Below the pieces are notes generated by a model, which had not been told where the DNA came from, did no database searches, and worked only from the letters and a program-made list of their open reading frames with translations. The position numbers and the translations under genes were made by a program. 64,000 bases of DNA from Takakia lepidozioides (Eukaryota > Plantae > Bryophyta). The stretch covers positions 744,001 to 808,000 of the forward strand of contig CM060734.1 in assembly GCA_030704615.1 (NCBI GenBank). Reading direction: 5' to 3'. Each line of letters begins with the position of its first letter. Position 1 is the stretch's first letter. Below, piece by piece: positions 26,201 through 37,258 of this stretch.

Positions 26201-27550
26201 GGTGTTGTCCATAAAGTTCTGATTATGCTCAATGTAGCACTCGTGCACTGATTGAGTTTTGGAGAGATGATGGAAATCCAGATCCAGACCTTTATGCACT
26301 CATGGAACATAGACTAAATTATCAGGTTGGGCTTTTGGAATTGCAACACCTGACACTCGTTTTAAAGGCTCAAGTGTTTCTGCTGATGGTATGTACCAAG
26401 GGTGGTGTTTGTCCTGGTTTTTTTTTTTTTTTTTTTTTTTTTTTTCAAACAAGACTCCTTCAATGATGAATGACATCTGAATCCAGGGTGATGGTTGTCT
26501 TGGAAATCCCACCCTCCCACCCTAACTTTTCATGTACTTTCAGGAAGATGACATGAGTTTCTATCAAGTAAGATACTGTCTATGCGAGGTGAAGTTAGAT
26601 AGTGCCTTGTCATGAGGCTGATTTGTCTTTATTTGACAATGACAGCACTTGTCTTGTCTGTGCCTTGACAAGACATATTTATCTTCCCTCTGTTTTTTGC
26701 CCAGTGTACTTAGTGGTTTCTGTACACACTATCTACCTCTCACTTGTCATTCTCCAGTCTTCTTACTTTGATGTTCTAACATCTTTAATGGCTTTTGCAG
26801 AGGTATGGCAAAGCCATGGGGTATCAGCCCCCTATACCTCCATAACAATAATATGGAGCAACAAATCCCTCATAAGGTATGATCCTCTCCAGCAAAAATA
26901 TGTTGGTTGATTGGGCATGGAGAGTAAGGCATCCTTGATGGTACCTGAAATAAACATAGAGCATCTAAATGACTTCTGAATGATGATATTATGAGCTAGG
27001 CCCTGGTAAGACAGCCTGCTAGAGTATATGTACTGTACACCTTATACATGATCCGGTCAATGCACATTACTCTTGTTAGCTGGTCTCCTGTAGCCGATGC
27101 CTTATGTCAGTTTTAGATACCTTATGATACGAGTGACTTCCGTGTCCTTGGCTCAAGTGCTTCCATGTTTCTCCTGGTTATGGCTTTGCTCTTTGTAGCA
27201 CCAAAAAAAGTACCCAATCTTACTATGTTGCTGGAAGATGGCTTGTTTGAATCAGGGGCAGTAGACTACTGCCAGTGGCTGAAGAACACAAGTTCTTATT
27301 CATACCTTTGGGTAAATTGGTTCTAACCAAAAAGTTGGTTGATATGGTGGGAAGATGTGCAGTAGTCTGCTGCCATTCTTCATTCATTCCCACATCATAT
27401 GTGGATTTCTTTTAATTACCCTTTCATAAGCCTTGGTATGTCCGTAAAGAAAATTACAGTGGTCTCTACCTTTTCTTCAAGATTACAACATCCTGCCAGA
27501 ATCCGTAGTACGACTTAATCTTTCTTTACTGATTGATCACCATGAATATT

Positions 27551-27770
27551 TTAATGGGCACAATAATACCATTTGTTCTTTTCGGTGTATGTGACTTGTA
27601 ATAAGTCTTTGGGTATCCAGTTTTCTACCTCCTCTATGATCATATGACAATATTCATAATTTGAACAGCCTTCCTTGAAGACATAACTAGTGTAGCATAC
27701 TTTTCTGATTGGTAATAGAGTAATCAATAAAGCCAAACAAGAAAGCCAATCCTCACTTATATCCTACTTT
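27551..27770 (-). pseudogene. Fragment of a second, diverged copy of the gypsy accessory ORF
   Basis: WLSCLALLITLLPIRKV...HMIIEEVENWIPKDLLQV aligns to WLPTLVYVIALLSIKRV...HMHEELVLAKNWIPKDILWI in ORF 23849-24544. Confidence 0.7.
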
Positions 27771-27789
27771 CCCAAGGTGCTCGTGAAAT

Positions 27790-30700
27790 ATTCCAAATGG
27801 GATAAGGAAAATGTTGAGCAGCATGCCCAGGGCCGTCGCAGTTGGAGCACCGTACCTTTACCGGGTTGGGGCCAGATTCTCCTACTGGAGCAGCATCTCG
27901 ATACCCTACGTAGCTGGTGATCTGCTGGCCGATGGAGCTCATGCGATCGCCCATTGTTTCGATGGTTTTGATGAGAGAGGTGATTTGCGCCTCCAAATGG
28001 CCCACCCGTGAATCAGACTGCCCAGTGGAATCTGCATACGAGTTAGTAGGGGCAGCATTCGTATATTGTGGCACGGTCGGTGCTACTGCTGGTGTAGGGG
28101 ATGTCGCCGGGGCATATGGCCGTGCTCCTCCTACATATGATGACGTATAGTGTAGAGCGGGTTGGATCACCGCTAATGGCGTCGGCTCCTGCGTGGGCTC
28201 GATCGTAATGTATGATGGAAGTGCAAAGTCGGGCATCTTGGCCCGTTGTACCTGGCGATGCATGTTGTCGAACTCCTTGCCGGCTTATATGGCATCTACC
28301 AGTGTTGCAGGTCTTTGCTGCAAAACATGAAAGTGAGTGGTCTCTCGTAATCCACTCAGAAAACAATCCTTCAGTACCCCATCATCTAGGGGGGTTAAAG
28401 GGTTTTGGAGTCGCATCAACTCCCGAAATTGCATTTCAAAGTCCGCCACCTCCTTTGTGGGGCCTTGGCGGATCCTGGCCAATGCCATCAAGACACTGGT
28501 GAACTGGTGGACCACTCGAAAATGATCTAAAAATGCGTCCCGAATCTGCTACCAAGTGACGAATGTACCTAGCGTCTGTTGCCAATACCAAGTGGACGCC
28601 CTACCCTCATGGTCGTGGGAAACCATATCAACCAATAGGCATTGTTTAACGATTGGTTAGAATAGCAACACTAAATAAAGCTTTTCACATGATACTCTGG
28701 GTTTTCATGTGCTTCCCCGGAAAACCAAGGCAAATGCCTGGGTAACGTTAACGGGGGTAGGCCTGCTGGGACCACAATAGGTACCTCAGGAGGTCCTGGA
28801 ACATGTGCCATAACTGACACTAACGACGACAAAGGGCTCCTTGACCTGGCCGTTGGTGTAACTAGATACAGGGGAAACCACTCGTGAACACTCGATCTCT
28901 GAAGAGCTATCAGTGTTCTCTCCTTCCCACTCTATCTTACCCAAACTTCTAGTTTTTTGAGTCTGATTGTGGACTCAATGCTGTGTGTTTCCCTAGCAGT
29001 TGATCTTTGACGGCTTCTCGAGCCAGTCTCCTTTGCAACCTAGTATCAAAGGATATGCTATCCAGGCTTGGGAGTGTGGCTCTTGATCCTGAGCTAGACA
29101 TACACTCACTGTTGTGCTGATGAGGATTCTCCTACCTCAGCCTGTACTAAAGGACCTATATTACCTTGAACAACCATGTCAAGAATAAACGAGGTCAGAT
29201 TTAAATACCTTCCATGGAACCTTGACGATGGAGGCATGTCAGTGTGCAACTTCCCGTGAATTACCCAGTCTTCAGGTGGTCGGGGCACGTTGCAGTACCT
29301 ACACACATCCAACCGAGGAAATAGCATGCACTAACTTTAATGGAATGAGAGGAAGGAAACTTGTGGGAATTTCCCGTGCAAAGTAAAATGACGGCGGTCG
29401 TTCTGGATCCGCAATGACGCCTTTGGGAGCCGCTAAAGGACGTCCTTCAATCCAAGTGATGTCGTGTATGGTGGGCGCCACGTCCAACTGCCCGTTGGTG
29501 ATCAATTCGATGATTAGTGCTGCCTCACTCTCACTGCGACTGCTGTAAAATCTGGGTGGACAAATGTAGGTGATAGTAGTGTTCGGGTGAGGTAGGCGTT
29601 CCTCTACCTCGAGATAATCTTCTAACTGACACCCAAATAGCCAACACATCCAGTCAAAAGGAAGATCAATAAAGCTCTTTCTGCTCAAAAATGAGGTGGC
29701 CTCCCCAGACCTCTGAATAGTGGGAAGAGGACGATGGAAATCGATGCCTTTGTCCGCGATGGTGCGACACAAGGGACAACACCCTAAATACGCCACTTGC
29801 CAGGCGAGATGTGCCTCTAACAATGATTGCACATTGAGATTCCCTAAGAAGGGGGGTTGGCAGCACCCGGGCCAACGTGTATTAAACCTGAAAAAAGGAA
29901 GAGATGGGGGCAGTGAGAGCCTTGTCCCCCAATGGCCCTACTTTGGCCGAGATCCAATACCCTCGATACTCTTCGGCGACGTCCAGTATGCGGCCGCACA
30001 TTAACCTGCAAACTACGATTGCATCTTCGGTTCGCACTTCGCCGGATCGGGTGCCGGAAATAACACGGTAAAGACCCACCACGCGTGCCTCAAAAGACAA
30101 GTAAAAGCGATGGGCTTCCATATGATCGGTGGCCATGCTGCAGCTTCCTGATTGCCATGGCGTTAGTAATTTCAATGAACACTGATCCAAACACCCTCAT
30201 GCAAGAGCTTCTAATCTTCATGTGCATGGGGTTCCTCAATCTCCACCTGATGGAGTAAGATCATGAATAAACAGTAAAGTATTGCATAGAAACAAATCAG
30301 GACGAGAACACATATTGTTAGTCCGTCCATAACAATTTGGAGAAGTCCTGACTATTCACTTACCTCCCAACAGACGCACCATTCATATGACGAGCCCCGA
30401 GCGCGCGCGGTCAGGGTGACGACATAGTAGTCTAGGGGGCTGAGATAAGTTGCGGTGTAGGTTGGGCTCACTGAACCGCCTACCCGACTGCGGTTAGTGC
30501 AGGGGGTCCGTGGTCATACATGGTGGTTATGATCACTATCTAAGTCCTACCGGCAAAGAGAAATCACGTACTCCTCTTCACAGGGCGAGTTTGCGTTTCT
30601 AGGTCCTACGGTATCCTACAATCTACTCAGTAACTGCCTTCCAAGTCTTTGTGTTTTATTGTCTAATTCCTACCGCCTAGGCCCCCGAGCCGCCTATAGC

Positions 30701-31400
30701 CGGGACATGTTTTAATCCCTTCACAAGGCACCTGCCGAGCCTAGGGAGAAGAGGGAAAATCGTCCTCTTCCAATGCCCCTCCTTCGCCGAGGGCTTGAGT
30801 TCAAGTCACATCTAAATGGAAGGGCCAACGCTTCCTACCCCAGTGCCTAAATACTTTGTGTTAGCAAAGGAGTGGCCAAAATGTCTATCGTTATCCAATA
30901 GATTCACTCAATTCAATAAGGTGGTTCTAAGCCCTTCAACTCAATAAGTTCAATCAGTTTAATCAATGCCCTGCAGGCTATAACGAGCACCACGTGCATC
31001 TATCCTATTTAAGCAATTTCGCAAATAAAAAATGCTGGAAAATAAAAGAAATTAAGAAAATCAGAAAAAAATACCTCCCCTATGGGAAATCATGTGGAGA
31101 GTCCAAAGATACCCTTGGTGCCTAAAGATGCCCTTGGGAACCCTATGGGAACCCAATGAGAACCGAGGAACACTCGGGATCTGTTCCCTGCTGCGGGGAA
31201 CTGTCGCGGCTCTATCGGATGAATGAATCTCGCTGAAAGCTCATCCCTGCCACTACATTCGTTAGTCAAGCACATGCACGCGTAAATAATAAAATAACCA
31301 TTGGTGGGTCCAAGCCAGATTTCACCCCCCTTACATTATTTTAAGGTGCTGGTGTGTTTTCCCTCCGTGGAAAAAGTCATCCTCTACCTTGGGCTCTGAC
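27790..31400 (-). mobile_element. 5' half of a second LTR retrotransposon: LTR end, PBS, pre-gag ORF, decayed gag; no pol
   Basis: Gag 27790-28811 (LPWFSGEAHENPEYHV, LARIRQGPTKEVADF, CFLSGLR, CSNCDGPGH). PBS-like TGGTGCGTCTGTTGGGAG at 30364-30381 (-), just after an LTR-type CA end at ~30388. Distal LTR limit uncertain (may reach ~32900). Confidence 0.75.
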
Positions 31401-33969
31401 ACAAAGGCTCATTGTAGCCGAGTTTTTAGGACAAAGTACTTTCTCTCCTCCCTTGTCTCTCGAGGTCTCCGCCTCTAGCTCACTGCTCCCAGGCCCGCTT
31501 GGCTCTCTCTTGGAGTCCTGAGAACGCTCCCCTCCAAGGCTATGTCCTCCCAAAATCCTAGATTTTATCTACCACTGGCGCCTTAGATAATGGCTCCTAA
31601 CCCTTAGAGGGGTATAAATTGAATCTAATAGCTAAAGGTAAGAATACCCCCCTTTAAGGGAATTTGCAGACGCATTGCCCGCTGGGTAAAACGCCCCCGC
31701 CACGTGGCGGGGTGCAGATCCGCGCGTAGCGGTCCAAACCGTGGACCGCTGCGGTTAACGCCAGCGTCCACCGGTCCGTCTTAACTTTTGGTTATCCAGC
31801 GGGTAAAGATCCGCACCCTGCTCGCACGCTTTAGGGCCTCACGCCTGAGCCACGCGGCTGATGCTTCCACGCTTTCAGTAATCGAGTCCCTACTCTCTAG
31901 GCGCAGCACCCGGGCTCTTCCCCGGCTGCTCGCGACTTTGGGGCAGCTGCTGTGAAGCGAAATTAGCCCGCCCAAACCCCAATACAAAAAAATACAACCC
32001 ACCCTCCCTAGGCCTCCATGGCTTGCTAGTGGGGAGAAAAAATTAGCACATGGTGGCCTTATAGTGGCCTGATATCATAGATGCAGCCTACTGGCCTGCC
32101 TTTGCCAGGGCTGGCTATATTTCAAATTAGTAATAAAAAACAAAGATTCATTCTTCCAACAATTCAAATACAAGCCTCTATTGGTGCCTTTCCCAATAGA
32201 CTATGGGGGTCTTCCCCTTCTCACTTCTAGACATGAAATAATGGGATTCCACAATGCACTCTCCTCTTTTGAAGAGTCTAAATCAGATTTTCAACTTCAA
32301 GCTTTGCTTGGAAAATAAATGAATCACATACACAAATGATGAAATGGTAAGATGGGATCAACCTTTCTATGCGAGAGTGCTTGGGATGCTCTATCGACTC
32401 AAGTAATGGTACTCTATGCGGCCTCCACTTGGGCTCTCGTCCATAAGTCCATACCAGCCCCTCCTACTCGTCCTCAAGTCCCTTTCCTCCACATGAAATT
32501 GCCCTCTTCTTTCACAAATGAAAATGGCTCAAAGGCCCACAAGCTAAGGCCACTTGCCTTAGCTTACAAGAATCCTACCTAACTAGGGAGCTTCAAGCTC
32601 CACTCCCTAGGATCTAGCCCCTCCTCAAGCCAAAAGCTATCAAGCACTACAACAACAAGCAAGAGGAAACTAAGCAAATGAGCTAGATGAAGAATAAGAG
32701 AAGCCTTGCCCCCTCTTTTATACCGTTGTTGTGCCTAATAGACTAATGGAAAATATTCATTAAACTATTGTTTCTTTGGAGGATCTATAATATACTATTC
32801 CACATGGATAAAAAGTCTTAGAGGCAAATGAAAGCTGTCTTTTCATCCATCCAATTGGATGACCCGTTGATGCGAGTTGTCATTTCATCCATACAGCTCC
32901 TCCAGGCGAATTCCAGATTTTTTCATCCATCCAAGAAGTATAAATGCAAATAATAGGCCTTGTGAGTGCCGTCGACTCAATAATTTGGCCCCGCTGCTAA
33001 TCAGCTCCATAAATCACCAAACTTGGTGACACACTACAATTATATACCTTGTATCAGTCTGTAAATTCTCAGCTCCATCGGTGGTAAAAAGTTTTGCTTC
33101 TCGCCATTCGTCGTATTTTTGCTGCACACATATTTTGTGGTATATTTGGAAATCAAATCCCTGGTGATGGCTCTGAGGTCTTTGACCCTGCCACTGAGTC
33201 ATAGGTTGTCCGGAGTCCCCTCCAGTTGTCCCGCACCGCTAACAAGTCCACGCTTCGCCGTTTGAAGTCGTCTTGACCTACTATCATTCCGATGCGGCCA
33301 ATTGCTTTGTTGCGATATTTCATCGCTATACATGTCGCTTCCACCAATTACCAAGCTCATCGCCGTGTGTTCCTACTGGACTTGAAATGCGGGAGAAAAG
33401 AGAGATCGCAATCTGGGATTGGAACAGTCGTCCTGTATTGTTTGAACAGGATTAACTCGTCGTTTCTGGTACCAAATTGGCAGCCTAATCTACTGTCGAT
33501 GCAGCTTCCTACGGTCATCTTGACGCCAGAGTTCCACTCCATGGTCGTCGCAGACACTGTCTAATTTCCTATGTGCTTTACCAACGATTTCCAGACAACT
33601 AACAAACTATCATGTTTTGGCAGTAGAATGCCGAAACCGCTTGTCTTATGATAAAAAACGATCTGAAAAGAAAACTGTACCAAAATATGCATCTACAGGC
33701 CGTTGGGCTCAAGTTACGGGCGAACCCTCAAGACACGGCTGTCGATAGGGCCCTAGTTATCATTCCTAACGTGACGTGGCGCTGACACGTCGGCCGTCAC
33801 GTCCGACGTGCGTCGCGTCACGTCACGTCGAATCCGGACGTTTATCCATGTAATTGTTTTTTTACATTTGACTTTTACGATTTACTTCTACCTTTTGTAA
33901 TGACATGGCAGCCACGGTGTAAAACAGACGCGGCCAATTATTAATATTTATTAATTCTTCTTAAAAAAT

Positions 33970-34145
33970 GAGTCCGCCTATATTGGCGGTCGCATATAAT
34001 TTATTACGTTTCATACAAACGACCGCCCATATTGGCGGTCGCTTGTAATTTAATATTTTGTTAAATTAAACGACCGCCAGTATTGGCGGTCGCCGGTAAT
34101 TTATTTATTTTTAAATGAAGCAACCGCCCATATTGGCGGTCGCCC
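33970..34145. repeat. Four tandem palindromic units CGACCGCC(N)ATATTGGCGGTCG with AT-rich spacers
   Basis: Period ~50-55 bp. Typical of DNA-transposon subterminal repeats. Confidence 0.85.
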
Positions 34146-35549
34146 GTAATTTATTTATTTATAAGTGAAGCCGAAACCCGACTTATCAGAAACGACAATT
34201 CAGTCAATCCAGGAAATGTTGTAAAATTAGAGCAAAATGGCACCACTCATTCAAATGCAAAAACATAGTCTCAGGCACCTCATGTACCTCATTGAAAGAA
34301 AAATCTTTTGTGGTATTGCTACTGGTAAACCATGAAACTTTTCTAGGAATGCTTTCCATTCCTTTGCTTCCGCTGATTCCTTCTCCCGTGGTTTCAAGAA
34401 ATCACTGAGTAGCCATCCTTCCTTGAGTTCACTGGAACTCAACATACCGTTAGTCCCCAGTATGATCGCCAAATGTTAACCGCTGGTTCATGACTTAAGT
34501 GAAATGGGCTTTCAACAGTGCAACCCACGCCCTTGCTTCTGATACCCAGGCCGTTTGAAAGCCATCTTTGGCGCTTGGGAGGAAGAAGCAAGTGTAATCA
34601 TGAACCACGACTGCTACACTACCGACTACTGCCCTACGTGGTAGTGTTGCCCGTCTTCTCCTGCTGCTAAGTGTCGAGCACTTAGCTGTTCCTGCCTCGC
34701 GGCCGGGTAGTGTGAAGTCGATCACTACCCACCATTGTCCCATCGTGGCTTAGCTGCCCTGCCCTCATGGCACTGGCACCTAGCCGTTATCAGCCACTTG
34801 TGGAGGGGAAGTGTTAAGATGAGGCTATGAGGATACCTTGTACTAAGGATGCTCTTTTTTGGGATTGTACATGGAAGGAGATGCTAGATAATGCCTTGTA
34901 AAAGGCTAATATGTCCTTTATTGACAATGACTCTAATAGTCTTGTCCATGTCTTGATATGACATGAGTATCTTCCCTCTCTCTCCTTCCAGATTCTGGGG
35001 TTTTTTTTATTAAGTTCAAAAAAAAAAAAAAAACTAGAGACTGCCTAAGTTTAGGCTTAATAGTAGGCTGGATGAAGAACGAATTTTACCAACGGAGCTG
35101 ATGAAAACTAAGGAAACGTCTAGAAACTAGGGTTTCCAATACAACATGGCAAGTTGGCACTTTGAAGATGGAGGTGCGATATCAAGGAAGGAATCTAAGC
35201 GCAGGCGACGATTTACTAACATGTCTCTTTGCTCCCGCCAAGTGCAATTACACTCTAGCATAGAGTAGAAGTATAAACAGCAGATATCAAGCACTATGGA
35301 CTACTTTAGGGAATTGCTCTTTACCCATGTTCCTCAATTCTGTTGTTCTATGCTGTTGCGATTTTGATGGAGCAACATGTCTCAGATGCAGCTCCCACAA
35401 GCTCTCAAGGTGGAGTCTGTACATGCTTTTTCTTGAACTCTAGCATGATGGACATCGATAACAAGTGTGGGCACCTGATTTACCTGGGGTTCCACATGGA
35501 TCACTAATATGTTGGTTTGATGGTTGGCTGTGATGGATCCAGGTAAGGG

Positions 35550-36596
35550 CACGGGGAAGTCACTTCCAAATATTCCCAACCGACGTGCAAAAAAATATAG
35601 GGTGTAATTTATTTTGAAAAGATAAAAATTAGAAAATATTTAAAATTAATAATGGGTACATTATATTGTGATTAGGGAATTTAAATGAATATAGGGTTTA
35701 AAATAATGACTCATTAAAAAATAAAATAAAGATTACTATAGGGTTGAGATAATACCTATGGACACATGTTGTCCAGTGATTAGTCCATGGACACGTATCG
35801 TGCATTTAGAGTTTAGGGTTTAATGGTAAGGGAGGGGGTTTGAGTGCGGGGGTTTCCCCTTTTTCTAACGGTAAGGGAGGGAGTTTCCTATCGATTGTCA
35901 TCCGTGAGGGCCGGATTTTAAGCACAAGATTACCTTTGAATCCGTGTGGATTGATAGCTACGAGAAACCTGCTTGGGTGGATGGTCGACTGGAAGCACGA
36001 GAAGTAGCAGCGGCAGACAGAATACGAGGAGGCCGGCTAGGGCTGACAGAGACGAGGAGAAGTTTTGAGGGAATATTTTTCGGAGCCCTGTCAATTGTCA
36101 TTAGGGAGCTGGTGGGGAGCAGGTGGGGGATATCGCGGCAGCCTATTGATCTCTTAAATAGACCAACCACACCAATTATGGTGTTATTAAACTACTTCTC
36201 AAAATCTAGAGGACAATTTAAATTCAAATATGACCATACCAACAACAAGTGAATAGATGTAGACTTAGTTATTAGTTCAGTCACTATGACTTTCGATAGA
36301 GTGCAGAACGTTTACACCTTGGTGATGATGCGAATGCTTTAAATGTATTTATTTCAACCAAATAATAAATTAAATTGTTTTGGATTTTTTTTTGGTTGTA
36401 TTATTAATACATGGTGTTTAATATTTGTTTATAACAATAAAATATAATTGAAACAGCATATCAAAAATTCACCATATTACAAAATTATGTAATTATAGGA
36501 TACTAAAAAATACCCAAAATAAAAGTAATACACCCCTACAAAATACCCATTTATCTCACGTGCCCTATACAAGTGATAGAGAGTGACTTCCCCAAG
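35550..36596. mobile_element. Non-autonomous hAT-like DNA transposon (1047 bp)
   Basis: TIRs CACGGGGAAGTCACT / AGTGACTTCCCCAAG. 8-bp TSD GGTAAGGG at 35542-35549 and 36597-36604. The empty site CCAGGTAAGGGTGCATCAC is present in the paralogous segment at ~41835-41853. Confidence 0.9.
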
Positions 36597-37258
36597 GGTA
36601 AGGGTGCATCACTTCTTATGCTGCCAGTTAACCTGAAGGATTTCAAGAGGCATAGAGACACACACACCATGGAAATAGGGTTGCATGAGACCTGACTCAA
36701 GCATTTTGCTCCATTCCTACAGCCATCTTCTTTTGTTTGATTCAGTGCTATTGATGACATGTTGTCAAGGGAATTCTACTGGGTAGAAAGCAGATTGCAT
36801 TTCAGACATTGCTGTTCCAGCAAGTTCGGATTTTATGAGGAATTTTGCAAGTTACTGCAGGCTGACTATGAGCTCATGTATGAATATCAGATTACGAAGA
36901 ACTTGAATAACAACACACCTCTCTTTTAGACAAAAAGATGTTCATGCTAACTAGTGCTTAAAAAAGCCCACCCTCCCACCCTGCTTTTTGGAAGACACTA
37001 AAATGTGGAACCTATTGGGTGATCAAATGGCCATTCAGTCATGGTTCTTAATAAGTACTTTAGCGATGTTGCCTTTGCACAAAGGCTGTATTGTCTAAAC
37101 AAAAACGATCAGAGCTGATCCTTTTCCTTGTCAAAGACAAGACAAGTCCTGTATCTCTTATTTTCTTCCAGTATACTGGGTGGTTCTAGTATACACCATC
37201 GCTTTATTTACTTATGGAAGAATCTGTAGGCACTGTTTAACTTGACATAGACTCTAAC

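Noticed and set aside
26418-26445. 28-nt poly(T) as a retroposon tail
   Set aside because: No TSD or adjacent identifiable LINE/SINE body.
33970-34145. CRISPR-like repeat-spacer appearance
   Set aside because: Eukaryotic context, spacers are AT-rich and similar to each other, and there are no cas genes.
35090-35140. Hammerhead-like CTGATGA...GAAAC core (also at ~41375-41420) near the PLE
   Set aside because: Stem II cannot pair and stem I is mismatched at the cleavage site.
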